DNA from: Owenia fusiformis
Lineage: Eukaryota
Reading direction: 5' to 3'
Length of the DNA stretch: 64,000 nt
NCBI GenBank assembly: GCA_903813345.2
Contig: CAIIXF020000001.1
Span: forward strand, 4,278,001-4,342,000
The notes under the pieces are model-generated. The model was given only the letters and a program-made list of their open reading frames with translations. It searched no databases and was not told the origin of the DNA. Below, in pieces: positions 39,601 to 49,816 of this stretch. The position numbers and the translations under genes are program-made. Every line of letters begins with the position of its first letter. Positions within the stretch are counted from its first letter, which is position 1.

Positions 39601-42600
39601 AACAGGAGTGAATAGTTTTTTTTCATTATTAATGGATGAAAATTTATGTTAAATAGTACATCTTTGCCTGGTCATCATTGTGTTATTCAAAACATCCTGT
39701 CATTTTATTTATTACTTGTTTTCACAAACTTTTTATTTATTTTTGCCCAAATTGTTTAAAATTAGAAATTGTTATCAATACTCTTGTCAAGAAAGCAATT
39801 TATTTATCAGATTGGGCTGTATGTAAACAAGAGGCTGATGGCTACTTGGGAATAGTTTCCTCATTCACTGTACGGTTGTATTTAAAATACAGTATAACAT
39901 GTATATTGGATACCTCACTAATTCAAACACCTCTTAATATGAACATTATTTCTCCCATTTACTCACATGTTAAGAAACCTTGAAATGTTAGACACTGGTT
40001 TATCCAACACTTTTTGGCTGGTAAAACAGACATTTGGCAGAGCATAAATCCTACAATTGAGTCTACTTTTTACCGAGAAATGCATTACTCGTATAATTTT
40101 TACTTTCATTAAGATTTCAAAATTTTAAGTGAAACAGTGAAGTGTGGAGGTTGATTGCTACACAGGGTCATATGGTCATATCATTAGTATGGGATTTGCT
40201 CCTATGTTTCAAATTAACATACATGTCACTTCTGTAAATAAGTGCCACTTCTGTAAATAAGTACCACTTCTGTAAATGGGTGCCACTTCTGTAAATAAGT
40301 GCCACTTCTGAAAATAATTGCTGCTGTTAATGAAAAATGTCTATAACATTGATTGACTGGCAGGTGACAATCACAAATCCTGCTACAGCACTTTGCAATA
40401 ATAAATGTAGCAATATTTGTTTCAAAACAGTTATTCTGAAATTCAGAATGCAAAGATTTAGTGAACTAGAATAATATAATAAAATTGTCATTTTATTAAT
40501 TTACTGTATCAACTGACATTTTAAGACTCTTGTATTTGTAAGAGACTTGGCACTGGAATCAGGGCATTTGCCATTTGCATAAGTTAATCAAAGATTTATG
40601 TATTTATACCATTATACAGTCAGCTTCATTGGCTTAATTAGGAAAATTCCTTTCTCTCAAGTGGCACAAGAGTCACATCATGGTAATTGGTAAATGCAAA
40701 TATTAACATTTGATCGAGAGAAAATCCCCAAAAGTTCTGGTATCTATTACACACCAGGTTTATATTGCTTCATTAAGGAGCATTTTGAAAATACTTTGTA
40801 AAGAAGGATTTGACCGTGCAGCACCTCAAAAATTCCTTCATTATGAAGTTGCTTTAATTCTATACATACGAGTACATGTATATCATTGAAATCTGTGAAA
40901 AGTCTAAATTGTGACTAGGCATAATGTCTCAACTAATTCAATTAGTCTCACAATGTTAATGAAGGTGATAGCTCATAAACATGTCTTGTAGCTACCCTGT
41001 ATATCTGGACTATATCTTAACCCTAGATTCTGACTTCATGTTGTTCTCAAGCTAATTATGCCATATAGTATCTTGAATCAAAGAGGAATCAAAATGAAGT
41101 AATTATTTTTGACTATTCAAGCCAGTATTTTATACCTGGTTGTTTTATTTCTATGAATCAACCATTTTTCATTTAACTATGTTTGCATTTACACTATGTA
41201 TTCTGAGTGCTCAAAAATACTTCAAAAATCATGACTGGCAGTCTCATTTTATCCAAATTCCACTCAAAATTGATTTACGCTACACTACCATTTTGACAAA
41301 ATAATTTTGTTTGTTGTCTCTTCAAAAGGTTTAGAAGAAATCTTGTTTCTGAATTAGCAGCATAAGCATTTATAGAATCCTACATAATAAGTATGTTGAT
41401 ATTGGCATTTCAATTATTTAGATAAATTGCTGTACCTTGTAGTTTCTGACCAATATGTCATTATGATGACATTAATTAGTCAATGAAATATATACTGTCA
41501 GTTAAAATGCGTGTATATGTTATAATTTTTAAAATGTGTATATATGTTAGTGTGTAAATATCCTCTTTATTTATAATTTATGGTTCCTCAAACTAACCTG
41601 AATAACTTATTTCTTTCATAGCTTATCCTCTTTATGTTTGTTTCAGGCTGATGTATTTTCTTTTGGCATTATACTGTGTGAGATTATAGCTAGGATAGAA
41701 GCAGATCCTGATCAACTACCTAGAACCAAGGTGAGTTGCAAATGTCTCTTTGTGAACCCTGAATGGAGTGAAGCCCAAATATGTGAAGATGTGTTGCATA
41801 ATGTATTAGTAAAAACATATATGAGTTGGAATTACATCGTTGATTATTATCATATAGTATCATATAATATAGGATTGATAAAATAAAATAAGAAATAAAA
41901 TATTTAATATGTCTACAATGTTATGATAATTTATGGTCTACATATACGTAGACCATTCAGACAGAACGTCTACCTTTTATTAATTAGACCATCTGAATGA
42001 ACGTTCAAAAGATATTTTGTATTCCTTTAAGAAAAAGAATCACCAGTCATCTTGTCTAAGTTCTGCAACCCGTAGAAATGTATAAAATCTGTATGTCTTT
42101 TTCAGAATTTCGGCCTGGATTACGTGGCATTTAGTAAAATGGTAGAAAAATCTTGTCCTCCTGTGGACTTCTTACAACTGGCCTTTAGGTGCTGTCAGGT
42201 ATGTTGACTTTTACTAATGATCAAAAGAACCTAAATAAATGATGAGAGTTGCAGACATAAAATTCTTGGACACCCATTAGTCATAATACACTCTACTATA
42301 CCTTTGCATTTGGTGTTCATGAGCAACCCATTTGGCTTATCAGTAATGATTATGTTATTTGTTCTTATGTGTCTGCTGCTTATGAATGGTTTATTGGATG
42401 ACTATTAGATGTTAATAAGGTACTTTCAAAAATATACTAAACAATACAATTAGACAAACAGAATGTCTTATGCATTTCTAGGGGTAAGGTATAGTAGAGT
42501 GTAATAGTTATAGTGTTTTGTTAAGATATTTGTGTTTTTTGCTCAATGTGTTATGAAGAATAACAGTAAATCTGAATGGTTTGCATTCCTTAATTGCTAT

Positions 42601-44834
42601 CACATAAGTTTAATAAAACATGAACAATGTTTTGCCAGATGTCACTGTATGAGTACTGTATGTTTCTCAGATATATTCTCACAGAGCAATTATTCCAGCT
42701 ATTCAAAAAATTGCATTGTTTTGTGATATACACTCTATATTGTTTATTGGGAAAATTAAAATGTACTTTTTAGATGATTGTGTGCCAATTATAATGGTCA
42801 CATCATTCTCATGCAATGTTGTTTCTAAAACACATTTTATTGTTGTTGTTTTTTTATTGTTTTTGTTTTGATTTTTGATCTTGTAAAACAGCTCCATGTG
42901 ATTTATGTTGTATAAATTACAAGTACATGCATTATTCTTTGAGCAGTCAGTTTACTTGAGTAGTTTTAAAAAATTGAAAAGAATTGAACATTTTTGTTTT
43001 TAGGTGGATCCCAAGAAGAGACCATCGTTTTCAGAGGTTGTTCCACAGTTAGTGCAAGTCCAACAAAACCTGTTCAAACAACTAGTCCTAGCAGATATCT
43101 GCAACCTTAGTCTGAGTGATAATGACATGGTTATACTCAATAATAGAGGTAATGTTACACTAGTATTAGTACAATACTATGATGGGATCTCCCCATCATT
43201 AGTGTATAGCTTGCAACCAGTTAAGAAAGTAGGAAATGAGCTTTGGTTCAAATAAAAATTCATTTGTAACAAGTTCAGAATTTGAAAAATCAAGAATTGA
43301 TATGTTTAAAACTGTTTTCGTTTGTCACTGTGTGGTCACCATTCTGCTCATCGCATTGAGATCCTTTGGAGAGCCCAATGAACAAGATAAAGATTTGCCT
43401 CTTATTCATATACAGATTACAGTGTAATCTCTAGAATGTATATGTGTCATTTTCAAATGGCCATTGACTGTATATTGTATGATCCACTCTCTGTGTATTC
43501 CAGTACAAGAACCAACAACTGTTGATGTGACTGCAAACACACTGGAGACATCTATACCAATACCTATACATCATATGGCATCAAGAGACGCCCCAGAGGA
43601 ACAAGATATGAGCTCAACACTTGTGTCCAGTATTCCCGCAACACCTAGTCTCCTTGCTACTATCATGAGGCACGATGATCCCTTCTACACACCAACTATA
43701 CCAAATCCATTCAGAACTCTCAACTCTGTGTTCCAAGAAGGACAGAAAATAATAGGTCCTCCAATTTTGACAATGTCTTTCGAGGATTTAGCGTCACCAT
43801 CTATATGTAGTACTCCTCCGGGAAGTCAGAGTGATTTTTTGGCCTGGAGTGAGCAGTTGTGTGCGAGTATGAGACTTAGTAGATCTCTACCTTCATCTCC
43901 GACTCTCCTCAGGCGAACATTTGAACAATTTAGTCAGGAACAAGAGGAGTACGCCCGCAATATTGACTTTCCTTTAAAACAGCGTACAACCAGTGATACC
44001 TCAGCCATGAAAAAACTAGTGTTCGAGGACCCAGGTGATACCTCAAACATGAAAAGACTAGTGCATGAAGATTTATGCGATGGCGAGTTAAGTGATAGCT
44101 CAAGTAGTACAGACAGTGCTGTAGAGCTTGTCAGCCAGACCTCATCTTTCAAACATACTCTAGCACATCGACTTGCTCATGGACAGTGTCGCAAGTCATT
44201 TCAAATGGGTAGTGCTGGCGATAAATATCAGAACATATCAGAGAGTAAAATGAGGTATTTTGACCCATATTTTCCGGGAGAATGGTGTGTGAAGGAACAT
44301 TTAACAGTAGATGATAGAGGTGACATGCCCAGGTCTTATAGTTCCTCAGAGTCTTGTATGTCATACGATGAAAGTGGTGCATTATCACCCACCAGCTCTT
44401 TATCGAGCTATGAGGATGCAGATAGTCTTCACTCCTCAAACACAGACTCACCAGAAAAACGCCCAAGATCTATGGACATGTCCCGTTTGCGATCAGAATT
44501 TATTGAAAAGCGAGCAGTATCCTTTGATCGCGGTGGGCTAGGTGCAATTGAATTGTCAAAGAATAGCAGATACAGGGCCCAGGCTATACAAGGGGCAAGT
44601 ATGGAATACATGAATCGCCATAAACCAATTAATTCAGAATTATGGCCAAGCAGACAACAAATTGGCCTCATTCGCCCGTCATTTGTGCATGAGAAAGTGA
44701 AAAAGTGGGAACTGAGACAGAAAGAAAAGGAAACGAATCCAAATAAAAAGTGCAGTGTAACTGTGAAATTTAGTTTGAAGAATACAGGAGTGAAAGATAC
44801 TAAGATTAAATTAGAGGAAAAGTCTTCGCAGTAG
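9527..44834 (+). CDS. TESK: TESK-family dual-specificity protein kinase (TESK1/2, cdi-like), 5'-partial gene model: join(9527-9648,11932-11980,29239-29388,33457-33539,38809-38893,41647-41730,42106-42198,43004-43148,43504-44834)
   Basis: Nine GT-AG-bounded exons splice in frame (2142 nt, 713 aa). Kinase motifs: [82 protein letters not shown]. The tail carries the TESK-type RSLPSSP motif. The Gly-loop exon was not found and is presumably upstream. Confidence 0.92.
10863..11039. mobile_element. pogo/Tigger-type MITE, related subfamily
   Basis: TA|CAGTAAAGCCTGT...ACAGGTTTTACTG. Confidence 0.65.
11932..11980 (+). CDS. TESK: TESK exon ([16 protein letters not shown])
   Basis: tttcag| ... |gtaag; 49 nt; phase fits both neighbouring exons. 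Confidence 0.93.
12174..15673. mobile_element. Putative Academ-like non-autonomous DNA transposon
   Basis: Ends TAGTGGGGGGAATTT / AAATTCCCCCAACTA; about 150 bp of diverged inverted similarity; TAT on both flanks. Confidence 0.5.
13380..13706 (+). pseudogene. Degenerate non-LTR (Hero/R2-like) reverse transcriptase fragment
   Basis: Frameshifted reading [25 protein letters not shown] / [11 protein letters not shown]...[22 protein letters not shown]. Confidence 0.65.
16015..16524 (-). mobile_element. Second, inverted copy of the hairpin element at 1861-2268
   Basis: Reverse-complement similarity over most of its length with shared ends; the 16-kb copy has an extra AT-rich insert. Confidence 0.8.
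19102..20334 (+). CDS. DIRS ORF1 Gag-like protein, 410 aa
   Basis: First ORF after the left ITR; LFGDD motif; RG-rich basic C-terminus ([24 protein letters not shown]); no CCHC knuckle seen. Confidence 0.85.
   Translation: MTSQMVRDKPLGAKTPSECEKMDIDDSILDETPSVSGVKKKTPRKTIPKKSGKNDDIKNITEAITSSISSGMSDLTEMMASSLQELKETIQSGYENDEQYDDDSYNDNDHDDSDQTPVKRMKTDMQTCIDNDTVSSENEDTSDLMKQLQSKFNKSNEGQGPPLNKAMSSLLNDLIQNVLKGDEESQKLDDYKTPSNTPLVCAARGNEQIWSRISSEVRSSDIKMQQALKPMICSIVAISRALEVLDSLKTAVGGKTDEFQDQFGNMANLLYDSIQMMCLSNYKFNMRRRELIKPDIAHSFKHLCDKTSPVTTFLFGDDITKRVKDISEMNKTQINSSVFNQSRGSYRGSYRGRGNRGRGTRGRGRGQNHFLGQGQNRNYSQRQGYAQNKSSRGKGRGNTAQNQDNKQSNK
20121..22439 (+). CDS. DIRS ORF2 Pol: reverse transcriptase, RNase H and Dam-like N6-adenine methyltransferase domain (frame open from 20121; listed TTG start at 20409)
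   Basis: [13 protein letters not shown] motifs [28 protein letters not shown]; RNase [40 protein letters not shown]...YAFPPF...PLWPTQPWW. Confidence 0.95.
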   Translation, partial: SVSRQLSWQLSRPRKPWTWHTWTWTRPESFFRPRPESQLQSAAGLRPKQILSRKRKRQHGPEPGQQTVQQVAANDHEPSEVRDLLRSQLKHFEGGRLKYFYSEWEKITSDQTILNAIAGYDIEFIDVNAIPRSDHPRPMVFSDSECSAVEAEIQKFLERGILKPVEHSKIGYLSSIFLTPKSDGTKRTILNLKNLNEHVEYQHFKMENFQSVINMITENCYMSTLDIKDAYYSVPVSETSQKFLQFEWKNTIYQYTCLAQGLSSAPRIFTKIMKPVFAKLRNEGFMSVYYIDDCCLISDSYEECKRNIATTIDHLQHLGFMLHPEKCDLIPKQVIKFLGFEINSNTMEVKLPETKAVAIQSLCIETLRRKNKISIRELAKLIGTLVASFPGVRYGRLYYRHMDNNKSLALSQNCGNFDTKIALNLDAQNEIRWWIRHIKNATNPISVIDPQHVLRSDSSMAGWGVFDVTNNTRTGGRWNYVESRHHINYLELLAIFLALKTFCRSVRNKHVRVETDNTTAMTYVNNMGGSKSIDCNILAKQIWQWCIFRDIWLSSSHIAGIENVEADSESRIFHDETEWMLDEQVFADICNIDMFPNPILDLFASRLNNQLGKYASWRPDPEAEFIDAFSKTWNCMVTYYAFPPFSILMRVLNKIQHDRADVLLILPLWPTQPWWPKMLNLLTTHPVVLPQGRKILSLPYNPEAQHPLRKLTLIACHLSGIPSRNKDFLSQLPKSSYNLGDQNHKSNTRFISRNGFRSVTRGKLIQFKELYS
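22139..23242 (+). CDS. DIRS ORF3 tyrosine recombinase, overlapping the pol 3' end
   Basis: N-terminal [15 protein letters not shown] and INTARSALS; catalytic residues R (AQRAQ), K (KQSK), HSTR, GW and Y (FRRFY). Confidence 0.95.
   Translation: MVAKDVEPFNHTSSCATPRTEDPKPTIQSRGTTSVEKTDINCLSFVRNSLQKQGLSVPVTEIILQSWRPKSQKQYEVYLKKWISFCYTREIDPVQGTLQLGLEFLMTLSVDNLGYSAINTARSALSSCINFPKTETSFGQHPLVVRFMKGIFNKNPPLPRYTKTWDVSVVLRHLQSFFPIEKTTLLELTLKLIMLIALVSAQRAQTLHLLSLNNLIIEKDCYVFTIYDNVKQSKPGKSNPIIKLHKYDDPSLCVVVTLREYIQRTEKLRAGESKLFVSTIKPHKAVSKDTISRWLKLELSRAGIDTDTFKGHSTRSAAVSAASRSDVNVDLILKTAGWSSDCCFRRFYNKPLDIDNEKTFGKAVLSL
23434..23558. repeat. Internal complementary region (ICR) of the DIRS element
   Basis: 23434-23476 is the exact reverse complement of 18388-18430 (43 bp); 23471-23558 is the exact reverse complement of 23784-23871 (88 bp). 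Confidence 0.96.
26113..27026. mobile_element. Tc1/mariner-type foldback MITE
   Basis: TA|CAGGGTGTTCAAAAAAACGCAACCCAAAGAAAT with its reverse complement at the right end; long inverted arms; internal tandem duplication of about 170 bp in the left arm. Confidence 0.85.
27679..27841. repeat. Imperfect palindrome of about 160 bp
   Basis: AAGAATTTAAG..GACTCAGTGCACTGTGGAATGACCATT vs AATGGTCATCCCACATTGCATTGAGTC..CTTAAATTCTT. Confidence 0.6.
29239..29388 (+). CDS. TESK: TESK exon ([11 protein letters not shown]...[10 protein letters not shown])
   Basis: ttttcag| ... |gtaag; 150 nt; catalytic loop. Confidence 0.94.
30141..30535. mobile_element. MITE with TAGAGTCCATTTCACTG termini
   Basis: 17-bp perfect TIR extending imperfectly (TGCGTCAGTA / TACTGACGCA). 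Confidence 0.65.
30770..32400 (+). mobile_element. Hairpin (GGGCCGAAGGCCC-loop) element interrupted by a pogo-like insertion
   Basis: Removing 30876-32151 restores the arm pair AATAACGTCATTTCT..GCGATATAGTGAAATATTGGACC / GGTCCAATATTTCACTATATCGC..AGAAATGACGTTATT. Confidence 0.7.
30876..32149 (+). mobile_element. Internally deleted pogo/Tigger-like transposon retaining a transposase C-terminus
   Basis: TA TSD at 30874-75 and 32150-51; TIR CAGGAAAACCTGT / ACAGGTTTTACTG; 31617-31784 reads ...[11 protein letters not shown]...[13 protein letters not shown]. Confidence 0.8.
33457..33539 (+). CDS. TESK: TESK exon ([27 protein letters not shown])
   Basis: ttttag| ... |gtaag; 83 nt; DFG motif. Confidence 0.93.
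33720..33957. repeat. Two adjacent hairpins (non-coding palindromic element)
   Basis: TCTGTATTGTTACTGAGATTGTC / GACAATCTCAGTAGCAATACAGA and AAGTGCAATACAGGGTATATTCTG / CAGAATATATCCTGTATTGCACTT. Confidence 0.6.
35728..37065. mobile_element. Non-autonomous DNA transposon with 101-bp TIRs built from 16-bp subrepeats and an 8-bp TSD (Mutator/Phantom- or Merlin-like)
   Basis: About 6 copies of GACCCTAGTYAACTYG at each end, inverted; ATACAAAA at 35720-35727 and 37066-37073. Confidence 0.88.
38809..38893 (+). CDS. TESK: TESK exon ([28 protein letters not shown])
   Basis: tttcag| ... |gtaac; 85 nt; activation segment. Confidence 0.92.
40227..40321 (+). repeat. Minisatellite, 19 bp x 5
   Basis: CACTTCTGTAAATAAGTGC units. 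Confidence 0.85.
41647..41730 (+). CDS. TESK: TESK exon ([28 protein letters not shown])
   Basis: tttcag| ... |gtgag; 84 nt; subdomain IX. Confidence 0.94.
42106..42198 (+). CDS. TESK: TESK exon ([31 protein letters not shown])
   Basis: tttcag| ... |gtatg; 93 nt. Confidence 0.92.
43004..43148 (+). CDS. TESK: TESK exon ([16 protein letters not shown]...ILNNR)
   Basis: ttttag| ... g|gtaat; 145 nt; subdomain XI Arg (RPSF). Confidence 0.85.
43504..44834 (+). CDS. TESK: TESK terminal exon, Ser/Pro-rich C-terminal tail
   Basis: ttccag| acceptor in phase 1 matches the previous donor; open to TAG at 44832-44834; RSLPSSP (14-3-3-type site known in TESK1) at 43881-43901; AATAAA at about 44877. Confidence 0.85.
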
Positions 44835-47800
44835 AGCTCAGAATATAAAGAGCAACAAGAATGAGATTGTTAATGAAATAAAGTGTTGTATTAGTATATA
44901 CAGTTCATGTACAGCCAATCTATGCTATATCATTCAGTATGTCTAAGATGAATTACATGTACGTCTCAATTTAAATCAAGTTTAGATTTTATTCAGAGAA
45001 AATTTCTTAAATTGTTGCTTGGTGCCAGAAGGCAATACTATCAGTACATATACGGGTTAGTGGATTTTGTTCGTTGAACAAATAAGTGAATGAAGAGTAT
45101 ATATTTTTGTGATGATCTTATGCAATCTAATTGTAATGTTAAGGAAATTCTTATTATTTTCTTTTAATTTCAGTCACTGAAAAAGTCAATGACATCTCCT
45201 AATTAAAATCCTAATTTAGTCATAATGTTTATTTGTTTAATTTTCTGTTAGTTATATTTAAAATTTCTGAATTACTTTCAAATTATTGTTTTAAACAGAG
45301 TTAACATTTTTGATCAAAATGTTGAAAATCAAATATTATTCAGTATTTATTTACTTCAGCATAATTTGTTAATATTATTACGAAATGATAAATGAATCCA
45401 TCCAATACAGCGATGCAAACAACTAGATGCAAGTTCAATATTAACATATTATAAAAATGGTGCTTAAAGGTATGATGTGTTTGGGGAGTGCTCAAATCAC
45501 AATGTTATATAAAATAGAATACCATGAAGTTCAGTGTACAAAGTTGATAAGGCTGTTTTGATCAAAGCCTATTACAGCCAATGATATCAATTGATTTGTC
45601 ACAAATTGTCACAAACAATATACAAAAAATATACATGTAATGAATTCAAATTTCAACGTTATCAGCACCTCACCATGGTGGCTCTTTTGTCAGGAGATCT
45701 GTTTAAGGAACAAAATGGCTGCAGGCTCATGTTATGCTCATACATGAATTTTCTCTTATCATCATTAAGCAAGATATAGTTGAAATATTCATTACAATTT
45801 TGTATTCACTAAAGCATATTCTGCTTTTAATATAAATCCAAACTTTGAAACTTTGAGAATAGCTTGTAAGATGGTAACATGGTAACATGGTAAGATGGAT
45901 TTTCTTGCTTCAAGTCCCTCTCTTTTTTTGGGTTGATCATAAAGAAAATATTTCGGAAGAAGCATATCTGGGCTTGCCGCTAGGTTGTTATGGAAACAGA
46001 TTTGTTGTCTGATCTTCTGATAAGAATTGCATAAATAAGTTTAAACACAGAATATTTTGAATATTAATTATTAGTTATTTTAATGTACATAAACTATAGT
46101 ACTGTATATGTACAAATTGTACATTGAAGTCAAGATATCAAGGGTGCCTGTATGTTCAATATCAACAGATGTCTTTTGTTAAATGAAAAAAAACATTTCA
46201 TCGCACATATCCTGCGATCAAGTTGTATCACCCCTATGAAGCCATTTTTGTAAGAAATTACAAATGCAATGCTTTATTTTAATTTACACCAGTGAACCAC
46301 TATAATTGATTTATTATTTTGTTTACCATTTTCAGGTTTTCCATGGTTTCCATGTTAACCCCTTTGAAAATTTAAATGGCTTCAGGGGTGATGATAAAAA
46401 AATACAAAATTCATGACATATATTTTTGGTTGGAAAACATTCAATATTCGCCCTTATCCTGAATATAGAGGAAATCTATAAAGGATGATTTCATTTGATT
46501 TATGGCTGTTTAGGCATTAAAACTAGATACTGTCAAATTGACAGACTTTGAGTTACAAGTGCACTGTGGAGGAACTCTTCAAAATGTTACTTAAACGGAT
46601 CCATTTAAGTTCCGAAAACGAACGTTGAAAACGGTTAAACATCTGCACTTTTAACCGTTCCGTTTTCGTAATAATAGTAGTGAGGAATAATTATGATCTA
46701 TCTTACCGCCTTGTGAACTATTCGTTCACAAATTATTAGATTTTCATTAACACATGATGCTTACGCATATTTGTACCAAAGCGGTTGTGACGATTTTGCC
46801 TACAACTCGTGAAATTTTGAAAAAAGAAAAATTGTACCTTAGAGGTTGCGACATTTTGTTACGTAAACAGATCCGTTTCTGTAACTGGTTTGAGGAGTTC
46901 CTCCTCAGTGAAGTGATATGAATAGAAATGCAATTGCACACGATTAAACTGTGTCAACCATTACATAAACAGTTCACCGAATAAGGAAAAATATGAACAA
47001 TATAACAGTGTACTAAGATCTATTTTTGTAATTTTGGATATTTAAACCCTGAAATGGGCTATATTTATATGAAAGAGACACCATTGTGGATACTCTCAAT
47101 ATGTAATACATGTGTATGATTCTTTAAATCTAGTCTCAAACCAAAACTGTACTCGCATTATTCTGTATATGCTTGTGTATTAACTTTGTATGTTTTGCAT
47201 CATTTGTATTATTTCAGTATATTGTATGCTCCAGATTGGCAAACATATACTTATATACTGTACTTATTTATCATAGCTAGTTTAAATTCAGTTCTCATGA
47301 TATTTACGATAAAGATCATAATCTTTGCTCAAATGCTTTATTACATTCTAACATTTTGACTTGGCCGTCAAAAAATTCTTTGAGAAGATTCTATTGAATG
47401 CAAATCTCCCAATTTAAAGCTTGGCATGATAAAAAAATTCCTCTCTGACATAGAAATAGCATTGATTTTGAAACAATCAAGAACAAGGAAGCAATGTTGT
47501 CGATATTGGTAATTGCCAGCAGCTCTCTGCAGCCATTTGTCTGACAATAACCTATGTTATGCTATGAAAGACATTGCCTCCTTGTACCACTATATACAAG
47601 AATTGCAACACAAAAACATGCAGATGTAAATATATGACAGAAGGGATGGGAAAAAAGTGATTTGTATTTGTTACTTCCTCAAGCCAAGTTCCATTTCCTT
47701 ATGTTTTTCACCTTATTTACATTTTGTACTTTTCTTTCTTCTTTGCAGGCTGTGTAATCACAAGAACATATTGTATTACCGTATCATATTTAATTAGTCT

Positions 47801-48410
47801 TCATATTTCTTTAAGATTTAAATAAATTATTTGTTTTAATTGAAATAAATTCAGATTTTGTTATTCATATATATCATTCAGTGGTAAAATACACGAAAAG
47901 ATGTATATGGAAAATGTATAACATCTTCCCAATTGAAATGTCACATCAGTCAAATAGTGATGCTTACTCCATTCTCAATGCATGCCTCAATCTGTGTAAC
48001 ATTTGAAATTCTGCCATAATAAGGCTTTTCAAAGTTTAATATATGTTTAATGCCCCCTTCTATGATTTAGGCAAATTTTCAGAAAACAAACAAAAATTCC
48101 AAGTGTCTACATACATACTTAAAATGATGTCAGGATGTAACATCCTATTTTACAAAAACTAATTATTTTAACAGTAACTTGAATAGTATTTTGGATGGAA
48201 TTCATATTGAGCATGATAGCTTTTGGGCAAAATCATTTCTTATTTATGGGTTAGAACTTGGTATAGACTAGTATGGATATCTTTGACCAGGATGGATATC
48301 TTTCCTCACTGTCAATATGACATTTGTCATCAAAATAATAACATATGATTTCTCAAAATCTAGACTTATTTTCTAAAGTATCGCTTTTTATTTTATCATC
48401 AAGGATCTTG

Positions 48411-49816
48411 TTTTTTAGCTCACATGGTGAGCTTTTGCAATCGCTCACTTGTCCGTCTGTCTGTCTGTCCGTCCGTCCGTCCGTCCGTCCGTCCGTCCGT
48501 CCGTCCGTCTGTCTGTCTGTCCGTCAACAATAGTGGCACGTTTTAAAACCTCTGTCGATAGGATTCCTGTTTCCTGTTTTCGCGAAATTCACTTTTGACC
48601 CATTTCCTAGCTTTACAAATAATTTCAGGTGTCCTACATTGTAAAAATCTGTGTTAATGTAAAGAGTAGATATATGAAATAATTTTGTTACAAAAAATCA
48701 GCGTAAAATTATATCTATTTTTTTATTTTCAGCCATTTTAGTTAACATTGATTTGTCCATCTGACTTGTGAAATCCACTTTTCCGTCAACAACAGTGGCA
48801 CGTTTTAAAACCTCTGTCGATAGGATTCCTGTTTTAAGTTATTTCTGTTCAACATCAATACAGAAAACTCCCCTATGACTCCTGGCTCAAAAGCTCGCCT
48901 ATTTTCAAAATGCCCACCATTTTGTCTCGCGAAATTCACTTTTGACCTATTTCCTAGCTTTACAAATAATTTCAAGTGTCCTACATTGTAAAAATCCATG
49001 TCAATGTAAAGAGTAGATGTATGAAATAATTTTGTTATGAAAAATCAGCAAAAAATATTTTTTATTTCAGCCATTTTAGTTAACATTGATTTGTCCATCT
49101 GTCTCGCAAAATCCACTTTTGGACCATTTGCCTTAAACCCTCTGTCGATAGGATTCCTGTTTTATTTTAAGTTAATTTTGTTCAACATCAATACAAAAAA
49201 CTCTCCTATGACTCTTGGTTCAAAAGCTCGCCTATTTTCAAAATGGTCACCATTCTTGTCTCGCGAAATTCACTTTTGGCCCATTTCCTAGCTTTACAAA
49301 TAATTTCAGCTGTCCTGCATTGTAAAAAGCCATGTCACTGTAAAGAGTAGTTGTATGAAATAATTTGGTTACAAAAAATTGGCAAAATATTATATCAGTT
49401 TTTTTATTTTCAGCCATTTTAGTTAACATTGATTCGTCCATCTGTCTCTCAGTCAGTCAAAAAAAGTGGCAAGTTTTAAACCTCTGTCAACACTTTTTAA
49501 ATCCTCTGTAGATAGGATTCCCGATTTAAAATAATTTTGTTCAACATCAATAAAGAAAAAAAACCTGTGACTCCTGCTTCAAAATCTCGCCTAATTTCAA
49601 AATGGCCACCATTTTTGTCTCGGGAAATTCACTTTTGGCCCGTTTCCTAGCTTTACAAATAAGTTCAGGTGTCCTGCATTGTAAAAAGCCATGTCTTTGT
49701 AAAGAGTAGTTGTATGAAATAATTTTGTCACAAAAAATCTGCAAAAAATTATACCCGTCTTTTTTATTTTCACTTTTGAGCAACACCATGTGAGCCCAGT
49801 ACCCACAGTACTAATT
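48411..49816 (+). mobile_element. HINE/Helentron-type element with about 4 monomers of 330-360 bp
   Basis: Subterminal IR GCTCACATGGTG / CACCATGTGAGC; (GTCC/GTCT)n at 48450-48525; 3' AGTAC-N5-GTACT palindrome; CGCGAAATTCACTTTTG-like motif at about 48581, 48928, 49262 and 49620. Confidence 0.82.
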
